25,857 nt of DNA from an uncultured Deferribacteres bacterium (lineage in GTDB: Bacteria; Zhuqueibacterota; Zhuqueibacteria; Zhuqueibacterales; Geothermadaptataceae): positions 1 to 25,857 of the forward strand of contig CAXHAT010000113.1 in assembly GCA_964014485.1 (NCBI GenBank), given 5' to 3'. This document shows, piece by piece, positions 25,778 to 25,857 of this stretch. The translations under genes and the position numbers were made by a program. Position 1 is the first letter of the stretch, and each line of letters starts with the position of its first letter. The notes beneath the pieces are model-generated. The model was not told the DNA's origin and searched no databases. It saw nothing but the letters and a program-made list of their open reading frames with translations.

Positions 25778-25857
25778 TTTTTGAAAAAATGAGACTTAGG
25801 GTAAAAAGTGTTGTCTGTTCCTTGAAAATAAAGAACTTAGCCCATGAAAATCGAAAA

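Overview
Bacterial chromosomal window of roughly 50% GC using the standard code (TGA is a stop). The gene styles suggest a diderm FCB-related lineage such as KSB1/Calditrichota, which is an inference only. Left to right: (1) a REP-like hairpin cluster and a decayed small-protein/nucleotidyltransferase module; (2) a minus-strand partial kynurenine cluster (tryptophan 2,3-dioxygenase, SDR, orphan membrane protein, 2-aminomuconate-semialdehyde-dehydrogenase-like ALDH); (3) a plus-strand peptidoglycan-recycling cluster (AmpG-like MFS with a ~190-aa insertion, tandem GNAT, NamZ/DUF1343) interrupted by a BrnT/BrnA pair whose toxin carries two tandem TGA stops; (4) a long minus-strand run: Zn-MDR, aroB, unknown 190-aa protein, beta-barrel/TPR fusion, pseudo-REC-PAS-GAF-GAF protein without an output domain, beta-propeller lipoprotein, RsbV, RsbW, GAF-GAF-PP2C, REC-PP2C, lipoprotein-type RidA, DUF62 SAM hydrolase and site-2 protease; (5) a 3xBON protein. 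The intergenic DNA holds two MITE-like elements with the same CTGATGTTACGCG termini and perfect 7-bp target duplications but different REP-doublet cargo, a third MITE-like element, and several REP families. All calls come from motif recognition by eye; no database searches were run.
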